A stretch of DNA of 64,000 nt from Octopus sinensis (lineage: Eukaryota): contig NC_042997.1 in assembly GCF_006345805.1 (NCBI RefSeq), positions 89,900,001 to 89,964,000 of the forward strand, read 5' to 3'. The translations under genes and the position numbers were made by a program. Below the pieces are notes generated by a model that did no database searches, was not told where the DNA came from, and saw only the letters and a list, made by a program, of their open reading frames with translations. This document shows positions 1 to 12,330 of the stretch, in pieces (position 1 is the first letter of the stretch; each line of letters starts with the position of its first letter).

Positions 1-774
1 TGTTGTGATATTCATTACTTTCCGAAAAGTGCCTGTAGTGTAAAGGAAGTGAAACAGCCAGTCAGAAATTAAAACTGAGCTGAGCTGAGAACTCAGCTTT
101 GTGGGAGCTTATCCTTTGTAGTACAGTACATGTCACCATATACAAACACAACGCTGTTAGTGGGAATAGACTGGGATAGAATGAAATCCATTGCTGATTA
201 CAACTAGAAACAAGCAGTAGTAGTAGTTCAGATAGTAGTGGTAGTAGTAGTGGTGATGGTAACAGAAGTTGAATGAGAAACAGATATTTTGACTGCATAA
301 CTGAAAGCTGATAAGTTTCACATAAGTTTGTTGTTGTTTTTGTTGCTACAGTCAATGACTTGTATCAAAGAACTGTTGATGATGATAATAATAATAATAA
401 TAATAATAAATAGAGGATGATCCTTGGCTTACCATCCATGCAAAAGATTGTCTTAACTGGTACATCACACGTATTGAAAAGAGCATTGTCACTGAATTTT
501 CATCTTTTTCCCCCTTCATTTTCTTTGTTTTCTCTTTTTCCTTTTTTTTTTGCTCTTTCTTCCGCCTTTTTTTATCACATGATTTTGTAAATGAACAATC
601 TGGTATCTTAATTTTAATGACCTACCAATGTATACAGTGAGTTTCTTAGCCCTAGGTGTCTGGAAGATGCTCAGCAAGAAATGGAAACAAAATTGAAAGA
701 CAATAATAATAATAATAATAATTATAATAATAATAATAATAATGATAATACATGGAATGTCTTTTTTTTTTCAG

Positions 775-852
775 AGCCATCTCAGTGGTAGATTCCTCCA
801 GGTTGTCAACATTTGTGATCTCAATACTCCTGATTGTCTATGGTAGCTTCAG
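775..852 (+). CDS. SPPL3: SPPL3 internal coding exon (equivalent of vertebrate exon 2), 78 nt, phase 2/2
   Basis: Acceptor ttttttttttcag| at 762-774, donor |gtaagt at 853. Encodes [25 protein letters not shown](R), matching recalled SPPL3 [26 protein letters not shown]. Too short for the ORF track. Confidence 0.93.
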
Positions 853-1104
853 GTAAGTTACATTTTATTTAAATTCAGGAATTTCCAAATAATGAGAACT
901 GTATATGTTTAAACAACATGTGTCATAGTACAAACAGAAGAAATAGAACTCAATATGCAAAAAGAACATATGTTTGTTTATTTATGAAATGTAAAGCTAT
1001 TGTAGTGGCTCAAGGGCCTTGAATTTTGTGCAAGGCACTTAGTAAAATTTTGACAAGTGCCATGTACTTATGTAGCTTTGCAGCTAATCAATAGATATGT
1101 TTAA

Positions 1105-1522
1105 CCCTTTAGTGTTTAAATCTGCTGTCACCATAGTAAAGCACACTCAGTGGAAAGCAAAACCAGTAGCACTGGTAGAGAGCTCCTTCAAATACAGTCG
1201 CTGTATGTGTGTCTGCCACTCCTGTCTGGGCCTCTACATCCACAGCAGATTCTGCACCACCATCAGCACCACAAGTTCTTTGATGCAGATCTATGGTCTC
1301 CCAAGACTGACGGATAACTACTACTACTGCTACTGCTAACATATTCTACTTGTCTTATGTTAAAACTGGCCATATCTGGCCTTTCACACCAACCCTACAG
1401 TGTCATTCTAAAAATAAACAGTTACATCAAAATCTTAAAGCTTGAAGACAATGCATGACTAATTCAAAACTATGTGAATAACTAAGCATTACATTTGAGA
1501 GATTAATGTAAATGCTAAGGAG
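1105..1522 (+). mobile_element. piggyBac-type MITE family 2 (ccctttagca...tgctaaaggg) with an internal insertion of about 235 bp
   Basis: TTAA on both sides; ends ccctttagtg / tgctaaggag; body aactggccatatctggcc...attacatttga matches copies at 16.7 kb and 37.9 kb. Confidence 0.65.
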
Positions 1523-1941
1523 TTAAGCAGATATGTGTGTGTGTTTGTGTCTTTTAACCTTATAAATGCACTTTAGAGTATAAATGTTTACAGTTACATT
1601 TAATACGTTTGTGTACATTCAACCTTTGTTGTGGATGCTGTCTTTGGAGGATAATGTGTGTGAAGACATATTACTGTGTTATGAATGATGACATTGGACA
1701 GTAGGACATGTGCTGTGGCAACATGCTTCATCAGTTATGGACACCAAATCTGAATTTTTTTTGCTTAAACTTAAGCTGCTGTAAGTTTGATAGTTACTTC
1801 ATTTTGCTGATAACTTGTAGTATATTTTCCCAATTTCCATTTTACAGCAGCACTGCTTTAAGACTGTGGTAAACATTGTGTATGTTGTTGGCATCCAGAA
1901 AAATTTATAAACACTGGGAGAATGTGAAATAATTCTTTCTT

Positions 1942-2153
1942 GGAATGGTAGATCTTGAAGCAGATAAAGCTATAAACAAGGGCAGGTTAAAAATCTCTTC
2001 GGATTGAAAATGTTGAGGTCTGCCTGTGGGACATGGATCCATGTCTCTTTTAAATGTGATAAGTATTGAGCAGACTTTGAATTTTTTTCCCAAATGGTCC
2101 AATATTTACTTGCTATTGTTTATAGCTTTATCTGCTTCAAGATCCACCATTCC
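1942..2153. mobile_element. MITE-like element, 212 bp, 38-bp terminal inverted repeats (1 mismatch)
   Basis: ggaatggtagatcttgaagcagataaagctataaacaa (1942-1979) versus 2116-2153. No clear target-site duplication. Confidence 0.7.
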
Positions 2154-3908
2154 CCCACAAAAAATAATTACATGTTTGTATACTTTGGTTTATTGAGTTT
2201 TTAAAAATGTTGGTGTATGTAGTATGGATGACAATACTGGTATGTATTTTGAACGAAAATTGCAGAGAAGAAAGGCATCAGATGTAATTGTTTGATTAGG
2301 GTAACCCTAGTAGAGGTAGAATTTGAGAAGATCTTGGAAAATTAGGTCTCTCTCAGGTTAGAGATAAATGGAGATGTAACTATCCCATGGGATTTAACAT
2401 TGGAAGTCATTCCAATCCAACTCATTGGATCTCCAAACGATTAGAGATAATACCATCATCATTATTAATGTCCACTTTTCTATGCATACTTGTTGAAAAC
2501 TATTTGTTGTGACAAATTTTTCCTATGGCCAAATGCTTTTCCTGTTGCCAACCTTCACCTGTTTGCAAGTAAAGTAATATTCCCTGTGACTAGGCTGTTT
2601 CCATACAAGGATACAAAGGATACCACTTGCATAACAATGACATTTATTTACGGCTATCATGAGCTTCTTTCAGTTCCTGTCAACTAAATTGACTCACAAG
2701 GATTTGGTTGACCCAGGGCTGCAGCAGAAGACACTTGCCCAAAGAGCCATGCGGTGGGATTGAATCCAACACTATGTAGTTGGGAAGCAAACTCCTTACC
2801 ATACAGCAATTGGTGTTGGTTGTTGTACAGGCCCTATTTGACCCAAACTGAACAGACCAATGATCATAAGCATTCTAATTATGACCCTCCTGATTTTTTT
2901 CAGGCATAACATACCTTGAGCAACATTTTCTTGTGTATTATTTTTTCAAGATGGTAAGATATAAATTTAAGGGAGATTTGATTGCTCTTTCTAAAACCTT
3001 TAGCTACCTTCTAAAGATTCCATAAAATATCCATACACTTAGTTTTCTTTCTTTTCTTTTTTTTTTAATTCATATATACTGTATCTAGAATTACTTTATC
3101 CAATGTGTCTATATCCTTTATTATTTATTTATTTAAAATGTTAATGTGTGTGTTTCAGAGTATTTGGGTACTTTTTCTAGCAAGTTAAGTGACTGCATAG
3201 CGGCTCTTTTATTGGCTTGTTAGCTGCAAACTGATGATCACATATATGCAGCCAGTGACCACATACATGTAGCTAGTGGCTGTGGTAGTTCAGATTGTGG
3301 TAGTCTAGTTAGTATTTTCGCTTTGTTCCTTCTTATTGAAAGTGTCCGTGTAAAGAGTCAGTAGTAGTTGTATTCCCTCCTCTGTTTAGAGCTGTAATCA
3401 TCTGGAGACAGCTCAGTTAACCATTCTATCATTTAGCAAATTATATGATGCACAGTTCTCTCATCTACATAACTATATGCAACTGTATACACCCTCATAT
3501 ATCCATTAGGTAACTTTTTAATGAAGCTGATAATTTACTATTTCAGTGTCCTCCACTCAAATCAATTGCATCTGTCCAGAGGGTTGCTATTTGTCTGAAA
3601 TTGAAACAAAAAGTTGCACTTGTCTTTGACTATTCACCTTTCATTTGTTCTCCAGCCAGTTTGTTATTGTTTCAATTGTTAATGTTAAACCATCAACTCT
3701 GCTCCATGCTGTTCTAAAGAATGTCAGCAGTCCAACTGCCAACCAAACAGAAATATATTAATGTTACTAAGAACCAATATATTTGGTTTCCTTATCAGTT
3801 ATTTTCAATCAGAATTGCTGGAGAGTCTCGTGTGTATCTAGCCAGCTGCAAATGTAACTCAGTCTGGAAATTTTAAGCCCTGATCTCTATAACACCTCTT
3901 CTGTTGTT

Positions 3909-3914
<6 letters not shown>

Positions 3915-3972
<58 letters not shown>
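3915..3972. repeat. (GT)n microsatellite
   Basis: Direct. Others: (GT)n 25605-25710 and 29090-29140; (CTT)n about 8378-8425; (TC)n(CA)n 38245-38320; (CAT)n(CTT)n 40935-40998; (ATAC)n 60225-60262; many (TA)n and (AAT)n. Confidence 0.95.
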
Positions 3973-3977
<5 letters not shown>

Positions 3978-4739
3978 TGTGCAAGGAGAAAGAGAGAGAG
4001 AAAAAATGGGTGGGAGGCATGATGTTTCCCTGTCATGTGAAGAGACTATTATGATAGCTATGCATTCAGATTCTGAACAATGCTGTAAATGTAGATGAAG
4101 AGAGTACTTGAGGTAGTGATAAGTGTGACTGAATGGTACCAGCATGGTTGATGATGTTAGTGTGGTTGTTGTTAGTAGTAGTGGTGGTGATGGATGGAAG
4201 TAAAGGGAGGTGAAGGAATAATCTCTGTCAAACAGAACTTAATATACTTTGATGCTTGTGGGATAAGAATATAGGGATGAAAGCTTTGGTTTAAACTGGG
4301 TCTATTTCTGATACTTTGATATATTGTATTTCTGATGGTTGGAGAGAAGGTGATGTGTGGTGATGGTGAGTATAGTAAATGGTGGTACTGGTGACTGGTA
4401 AAGCCTTATATTTTCTATTTCTCTTAGTTTTCTTTCTTTATCACCTTTATTACCACTCCATCCACCACTGCCACTACAACAACAGTTATCACAATGTCTG
4501 CCACACCACAAATAGTTCCATCCTTAAATAGTACTTAATAATATGTCACTTATATATACCAGTAATTACAGTGTTTCCCAATGTATAAAACGCACTCCTG
4601 CATAAAATGCACCCCTATTTTATTAGGATATTGTGGAAACAGCAAATTTAATGTAATTCCATAAGGGAAAATATGTCATTCTGTGCATGTAGGTGGGTAG
4701 GGTGCTAAAAAGTCCCCAGCTTCAAGGGTATCACAAAGG

Positions 4740-5050
4740 ATCTGGTTGGAGGTCCAACCTTCCAAGTTCTTTTACAGGGCTTAGAAAAAACTGAAAGACC
4801 GCTACAATAAGTGTGTGACTCTGATATGTTGAATGAAATCATAATTAATCCTCCTGTATTCAGATCCATAGCCTGTGGTGTCTTCTCTCATCTGTATCAT
4901 GGCTGCATTAGACACAGGGCAAATGGTATGTCTTGAATGCTGATATAATAATCTGGTCAGCTTAGCTCTGGTACCAGGCTCCAAGGTCATCCACTGCTCC
5001 ATTATAAGGACACTCTACAGACTAGCTTGAAAATCTGCAAGATAAACCTG
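4740..5050 (-). mobile_element. Possible old RTE LINE fragment
   Basis: Minus strand SVLIMEQWMTL...KLTRLLYQHSRH weakly recalls RTE SVLLYGxETWTL...TRLLR. Confidence 0.3.
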
Positions 5051-5764
5051 AAGGCATGGGAATTAGTGGCACTGAATAGAGCTTAGTGGAGAAGTTATTG
5101 CTACCAAGGCATCTCTGATGTTTTGTGCCTGCAGAAAAGAAACATGTAGTGGTACATGTGATACATTCTCATTTGTCTGATTTTAAGGTAAGTGCCTATT
5201 TGTTGCATACATTTTTGTCTGACATAAATATTCTCAAGATGGCAACCTGGCAGAATCGTGTATCAGACAAAATACTTAATGGCATATCTTCTCTTCCAAC
5301 TCCTTACATTCTGAGTTCAAATTTCTTTGATGTTGACCTTGTTTTTCATCCTTTCAGGGTTGATAAAATAAGTATGAGTTGAACACTGGGGTCAATGTAA
5401 TTGACTTGTCCCTCCCACTAAAATTACTGACCATGCGCCAAAATTTGAAACCATTATAAATATCTGTTTCTTAGATTTCTCCCTTCACCCCCTCCCCCAG
5501 TCTTCTATTTAATGTTTCCAAATGAAAGTTGCTTCCCCAAGAAGCACAATAATATTGTAGCACTTCATTATAGTCAATCCTTTGCCAATATAGAAGGGTG
5601 CGATGTGAGAATGGGTTGGAGCAATATAGTAAAATTCCTTCACTCACACTTTTTTGGCAAATGATCTGATCAGTAATAGCATTTTAGAATTAAAAAAAAA
5701 TTGTATTGTGATAGTCATATTAGCCATCAAGACACTATCTTTACTGTTATAGTCACCATGGTTG

Positions 5765-5975
5765 TTGTTGTTGTTGTTTAGCCCTAGGGCAGCTCTGATC
5801 CAGTAGATCAGCAATAATCAAAAGTGCTCCATTTATGAACATCACACTCTTTGTTATCATACATATTGCATGGAAGACTACACTATTTAATGTGTCCTTC
5901 CTTTTTACTAAGGCAAGATGTGTAATTTGAAGGAAATTAAGTGGCTATTTCTAATAAGTTGAGCAATCACATAAA
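5765..5975 (-). mobile_element. SINE-like family E ((gtt)n tail; gtgtgatttgagggagatttggctgctatttctag)
   Basis: Copies at about 2820-3010, 24120-24330, 24840-24990, 26390-26570, 26630-27140 (opposite strand), 32465-32558 plus 33649-33730, and 40800-41090. Confidence 0.65.
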
Positions 5976-6109
5976 GACTATCTCATACTTTGCCTTTCAT
6001 CCTTTTGGGGCCAATGTAATAAAACACCAGCCAAGCACTGGGGTTGATGTAATCAACTTGATTGTCCCTTCAAAAATTGCTGCGTTGTGCCAAAATTAGG
6101 AAGAATTAA

Positions 6110-6420
6110 ATTGTTGTTGTTGTTGCTGCTGTTGTTGTTGTTCAATAGTTTCAGGCAAATTTCTACTGCATCCTACTTGGTATACTTCTTTTTCCTGAGG
6201 TGTGTTGTTGTGGGGGTTGTTTATTTTATTAGATGCTTATTGTAAAGAGCATGTCGTGTATGGGTAGATTATTTTATTTGGGTTGTACTGTTGAATTGAT
6301 TGTGTCTTGTGCAGGATGTAGGCTGTTCCTAGTAGGGTTAATTTTTGGATAGTGTATAATGTTGTGGATCTAGGTATGGCTTCTGTTTTTCTTCATACAT
6401 TTTTTGTCATATTCAATGCT
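6110..6420 (-). mobile_element. RLE-type non-LTR element 3' end with 3'UTR and (AAC)n tail
   Basis: Minus strand reads KLTLLGTAYILHKTQSI (recalled consensus QKxxLLGTAxILRKxL), then a UTR and (GTT)n on the + strand at 6110-6145. Confidence 0.62.
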
Positions 6421-6511
6421 CCAGTTATTACTTGTATTGTTTTTACCTTCAGGCCCTACATCTTGGATATTTCAGTTTCAAGATCTTTTTATTTTGACAG
6501 TTTCTCCACTG

Positions 6512-6668
6512 TTTTGGAGGCATATCAATAATATTAATATGCTTAGTTTTGTTTGTTTTTGTCTGTACATGTGGTATGTGTCACACACTGCTTTTGGGAC
6601 ATATCAATAATATTAATATGCTTAGTTTTGTTTGTTTTTGTCTGTACCTGTGGTGTGTGTCACACTTC
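6512..6668. repeat. 79-bp tandem duplication
   Basis: catatcaataatattaatatgcttag... at 6521 and 6600. Confidence 0.9.
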
Positions 6669-7768
6669 AAAGAAGTGAGTGACAAAGTGAGAGAGAAGAG
6701 GATAGAGAGGAAGTAAAAGAGAAAGATAGGAAGAATGAGAGAGAAAGTGAAAGAGACAGCAAGTGGTGACAGTGTTTGTTTTATGTTTTTAAATGCTTAT
6801 CACATCACACGAAAAGTAGATACATAGATCCAAAGAAAAGTTGATACATAGATGCATACACACATAGTTCAATTAAAGGGAGGAGGGACACAAAGGAAGT
6901 AAAAGAGAAAGATGGAAAGTGAGAAAAGCAGTAGATACATCAGGAAGATTCAGGCTCACACAGAATATGACAAGGCTGTCATATTCAGCTACAACTCATT
7001 TTGGCCAGCTGAGTGGACTGGAGCAAGATAAACCTTTAAATGGTTGGAAGAAAACGAAAAAAGACCCTATATAGGGGCAGGAAAATCCTTTTAGTCGTTA
7101 GCGTCACTATGGGTGTTAATCCGGTCCTAACAGTGGCATTTGTGGGTCTCACAGATTTGGAAGCCAAGCCCCCACATAAACACCGATGTGCAGGCTGTTG
7201 TTATTAAACTGAGCATGAGTTGAGGGCGAATACACAACAGAATAGCAGTTATTTCATTTTAGCTTTCATTGCTTATATTAAATACATGACATTTTTGCCT
7301 TACGATATGGAACTTTTCCTTTTCTTTCACTTAAAAAAATGGCACTCTTGGTTATGACAATGAGATTCCTGTTTATCTGATCAACAAACAGTCTGCTTGT
7401 AAAATTAATGCACGAGTGGCTGAGGACTCCACAGACATGCATACCATAAGATAGTTCTCAGGGTGATTCAGCCTCACACAGAATGTGACAAGGCTGGCCC
7501 CTTTGAATTACAGCTACAACTCATTTTTACCAGGTGGGTGAACTGCAGCAAGGTAGGGTACCTTTCTCAAGAATCCAGCACACCACAGGAAATCGTACTT
7601 GTGACTTTACAATCATGGACTGAATGCCCCTAACCACTGAGCCACACACCTTCACTCTCTTAGCCATAGAAAAAAGAAGTGAAGCGATAAAGATAGAGAA
7701 AGAAAAGCCTCTGCGATTTACATTTTCTAGCTTCTTTACTTTTAACAATGAAGAAGAGGGAAAGACAT

Positions 7769-7965
7769 TGGGGCTAATGCAGTTTTGCACATCTCTTTGA
7801 AAAATGCATTTAAAACAATTTCGCCCTCCCCCCATTTTTGATTTTTAAAAAAAAAGTTTTGTATTTGCATATTCATAATCTCCGACATCTAAAATGTAGG
7901 AATCCAAAAATTTTTTTTCAAAAAATGCATCTTTCAAGGAGAGGTGCAAAGCTGCATTAGCCCCA
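7769..7965. mobile_element. MITE-like element, 197 bp, inverted repeats of about 43 bp
   Basis: tggggctaatgcagttttgcacatctctttgaaaaatgcattt versus aaaatgcatctttcaaggagaggtgcaaagctgcattagcccca. Confidence 0.7.
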
Positions 7966-10152
7966 TGACTTTTAGTAATGAATGAATAGAGGGAAAGTCT
8001 TTCCAACGTTTACGTCTTTTTTCTGGGAGTTCTAAAACGATTGACTGTTAGTTCTTTCTTCTTTCCTCCACCCCTGATACTTATTCGCCTTCCTTCATAG
8101 TTCTTCATGTCTTTTAGTGGTGGGGGAAGACCATGTTTTTTTTTTTAGGCATGTTTAAAGTTCTCTCTACAAACTACAAACAAGCCCCACCTCCCTTCCT
8201 TTCTTTTCTTTTTCTTTTTTTTCAAACAAAAACTAATGCAAATTTCAGAGTATATCTGTGAAAAGAGCCCAGAAAAAAATGGTAAATACCCTCTTACTTA
8301 ATGAGTGGGATGAGAAAAGTTGCCAACAGGTGGCTGTTACTGCTGCCGTTTCCTCCCCCTCCTCCTCCCCCCCCTCTTCTCTTCTTCTTCTTCTTCTTCT
8401 TCTTCTTCTTCTTCTTCTTCTTCTTCCCCTTCTCCTCCTTCTGTATTGTTAGTGTGTTGGAATATATGCTTTAGTATTTCCTTTGACCCTTTTCATTCAT
8501 TTTCAACTCCATTTTTCATTCATTCAGGGTTGGTAAATAAAAGTACAAGTAAAGTACTGGGTTCAATGGTATTCACTAATCCCTCCTGTTAAAACTGCTG
8601 GCCTTGTTATAAATTTGGAAATCATTATTATTATTAAGGTAGCAAGCTGGCAGAGTTGTTTGCACACTCAGCAAAATGATTAGGGGCATTTTGTCTGTCT
8701 CTATGTTCTGAGTTCAAATTCTGTCATGGTCGACTTGGCCTTTCATCCTTTTGAGGTTGATAAAATAAGTACCAGTTGAGCACTGGGATTAACGTAATTA
8801 ATTTACCCTTCCCCTGAAATTGCTGGCCTTGTGCAAAAATTTAAAATCATCATCATTGTTATTATTATTAAGGCAATGAGCTGGCAGAATCGTTAATCAT
8901 GCCAAGCAAAATGCTTAGCGTATTTCTTTCATTTTTACACTTTAGGTTCAAATTCTGCCAAGGTCAATTTTGCTTTACATTCCTTTCAGGGTCAATAAAA
9001 TATGTACCAGTCAAACACTGAGGACTTACCTTCTCCCTCCAAATTGCTGGCCTTGTACCAAAATTTGAAATTATCATTATTTATTATTATTATTATTATT
9101 ATTATATATAATTGAGGAAGTCTTCATGTGTCTATGGCCTGGTCATTGCTATTCCACTTCACTGTATCTTATGTAATGAATATAAATGCTACACTAATGA
9201 TGACGATTATAGAATTTAAGTACCCGCTAGAGTGCACAGTTTGGCATTGATAGAGATTAACAGTCTGCAAGCTGATGCACCAGTTATAACTATCTAACTC
9301 TGCTGTCTACTTTTTATAAAGAGCATAGCCATTATCATGTTTTATCACCTTCTGCAAACTTAATCAGAGAGGAACCAGTGTAGGGGAGTGCAGAAAGGGA
9401 GGGGGTTTATATTCTTTTTTTTTTTTTTCCTCATTCTTTCCTCAACATAGCTTTGGAGTCAAGGGAAACGTAAAAAAAAGAAAAAATTTCTACACTGGTG
9501 GGGTTGGGAGAGAAGAGGAATCTTACCATTTTTATTTTTCTCTCTGTCTGTTACCACCAATCTGCCATACGCACATACATACATAGATACATATATATAT
9601 TTCTATCCTTTCAGTTACTCTTACCCTCCTATTTCATTGCCTTTACATGAACTTGTGTGTGTCATTTGCTCAGTGAACACACACACACACACAGGTGTAT
9701 CCATAAATATACTTGTATATGTTTATTAACACACACATATAATATATATAATGTGTGTCTATATATGCATGTGTGTGTAAAGAGAGTAGTAACGGACTCC
9801 CCCCACCCCACAGTTTGTAGTAATACTGCTTCATATTTTAGAGATTTTTTGTTATATTAGTTTCTTTGTGTGTGTATCTGTATATGGGCATACACACATG
9901 ACTATAAACAAATACACACACAGGCATGTATACACTTATTTGCCAGCATGCATATTTCTCATTTTCTCTCCGTGTTCTTTTTTTTTTATTCATGCTGTTT
10001 TGTTTTCCATTTCCATCACTCTCCTCCAGACTCTCCATTTCTTTCTTCATCTCTATCTCACCCTATTTCTGTCCCTCTCTCCCTCTCCCATCTCCCTCTC
10101 TCTGTGAAACTTTCTGTAACAACTCTTGTGAAAGATTGTTATATATACAATC

Positions 10153-10309
10153 TGTGGCTGTGTGGTAAGTAGCTTGCTAACCAACCACATGGTTCCGGGT
10201 TCAGTCCCACTGCTTGGCACCTTGGGCAAGTGTCTTCTACTATAGCCTCGGGCCGACCAATGCCTTGTGAGTAGATTTGGTAGACGGAAACTAGAAGAAG
10301 CCTGTCGTA

Positions 10310-10356
<47 letters not shown>

Positions 10357-10575
10357 GTGTGTATGTCTGTGTGTCTGTGTTAGTCCCCCTAGCATTGCTT
10401 GACAACCGATGCTGGTGTGTTTACGTCCCCGTCACTTAGCGGTTCGGCAAAAGAGACCGATAGAATAAGTACTGGGCTTACAAAGAATAAATCCCGGGGT
10501 CGATTTGCTCGACTAAAGGTCGTGTTCCAGCATGACCACAGTCAAATGACTGAAACAAGTAAAAGAGAAAAGAGA
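10153..10575 (+). mobile_element. SINE family B (ggctgtgtggtaag...ggttcagtccc...ccttgggcaagtgtc) with internal (TA)n, young copy
   Basis: tRNA-like A/B boxes. Approximate copies: 2670-2810(-), 12585-12750(+), 22145-22290(+), 30335-30655(+), 34990-35370(-), 55430-55590(+), 57430-57570(-), 58215-58330(+), 60280-60420(-). Confidence 0.83.
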
Positions 10576-11056
10576 GTATATAATCGAATTTTAAACATGT
10601 GTCTTCCTCTAGTGGACAGTTATTACAAGGGACATAATCATTTGAAATTAAGGAATTATAAGGTAAAAGGTGCACAGAATTCATCTATTTAATTTGTTTG
10701 TTTTTTTTATTTATTATAAAGTTCTTAAAATTTCATGTCAGTAGTAATCATGTATTGCCCTATTTCATTCTTTTTAGAATTTGCTAGCATGATAAGATTT
10801 CTTATAGATTGAAAGTAATTACAATTTGGAAGAAATTCATGGAACATATGCTTTTCTATTTTATTTTTCCTTCTTCATAGAGCTTTAGTAATCAAGGGGA
10901 GAGAAAGAGGGAGAGGGAGAGAGAGAGAAAGCGAGAAGAAATTCCTTACTGTCTTACTGGTTAACTGCTTTCAGGGGATTGTACTTTGTGAATGTGTCTT
11001 AAAGTAAATCAATGATTTTAGTTGAATTTCAGGTAGCCAGAAATAGTATGAAGAAA

Positions 11057-11290
11057 GGTGGTGAGCTGGCAGGAATGTTAGCACGCAGGGCGAAATGCTT
11101 AGCAGTATTTCATCTGCTGCTACGTTCTAAGTTCAAATTCTGCCGAGGTCGACTTTGCCTTTCATCCTTTCGGGGTCGATAAATTAAGTACCAGTTACGC
11201 ACTGGGGTTGATCTAATCGACTTAATCCCTTTGTCCGTCCTTGTTTGTCCCCTCTATATTTAGCCCCTTGTGGGCAATAAAGAAATAAGA
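11057..11290 (+). mobile_element. SINE family A (tRNA-like head plus gtcgactttgcctttcatcctttcggggtcgataaa domain, possibly Meta-domain), young copy
   Basis: B-box-like gttcaaattc; CpGs retained. Approximate other copies: 5238-5457(+), 8636-8865(+), 8871-9085(+), 13117-13330(-), 13700-13835(+), 23375-23580(+), 34570-34770(-), 40160-40345(-), 40395-40590(-), 53835-53985(-), 54060-54210(-). The domain name is from memory. Confidence 0.85.
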
Positions 11291-11799
11291 AACAGTATGA
11301 AGCCATCATGTGTGTGTGTGTGTGTATGTTTCATTTTCACTGATTTTAGGCATCAAAGGATGTAAACAGTAATATGAAGAAAACTGAAAAGTCAGTGCTC
11401 TTCGAATGAAATAGCTTCTGATATATTTTCTGTACTGAATTATAAATACTCTCTTGTCACTGTTGCTATTAGAAATGCAGTGAATGAAAGTAAGATTAGC
11501 TCCTTGGAAACTTGTAACCAATGGTGCTGTTGTTCACTATTTGTGATATAGAATTGATAAATTAAAGTTGATAAGTGTACCCCACCCCCATGATAACTGT
11601 AAATGAGCATTACCATCATGCAATTACTGTTTTTAATTTCCAAACTTTTGTGAGAACATGTCTGGCTTGGAGGAAATTGAAAACAGAAGAGGGTTCACAA
11701 CAGGTAGGTCATTCAATCATAAAGCATGTCTCAATGAATGACATCCAGCCCATGCAAGCAAGGAAAAGTGGCTGTTAGGATGATAATGTTGAAGTCATC

Positions 11800-12330
11800 C
11801 TGGAGCAAGCAGCCCTTGATGCTGCCATCTTGGTTTTCTTTTGGCCCTCTCTGTTCTCCTCTGTAGAGCTGATATGAGGCCCCTCTCTAAGACCCTGGCA
11901 AAGAGGATTGATGGCTTTGATAGCAGAACCCTGAAAACTATCAAGAGCATCAGATGGTACCATCATGTGTCCAACAAAGAACTGTGTGCATGCACGCATT
12001 GGCCCACATCCTCCCACCTCATAGCTATCCAGTGCATGCGCTGGTATGGACATGTCCTCTGTCTTCCACTAGATCATCCTACCAGGGCTTTACTCTCATT
12101 TGGTGTAGTAGTTGTGGGTTGGAAGAGGCCCTACACCAGATGACCAGATATGATTGGGAAGATCTCCAGAGGCTTAACATCACCTTGGAGAATGCAGAGG
12201 AGCTGGAACAGGACTGCCAATGATGGAGAGCACTGGTGGACCTGGTCAACTTTACATATGATAACATCTCTGGGACAACTAACCTGGGCTGACCCCAGTC
12301 CCATCAAGCAAGAGCATGAAGCAAGAAAGC
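11800..12330 (+). mobile_element. RTE-clade LINE 3' fragment
   Basis: ORF 11841..12143 has KRIDGFDSRTLKTIKSIRWYHHVSNKEL...MRWYGHVLCLPLDHPTR, typical of the RTE C-terminal region. Confidence 0.8.

Noticed and set aside
10153-10230. tRNA-like A/B boxes here and in other SINE heads
   Set aside because: No complete cloverleaf; they continue into SINE bodies present in many copies.
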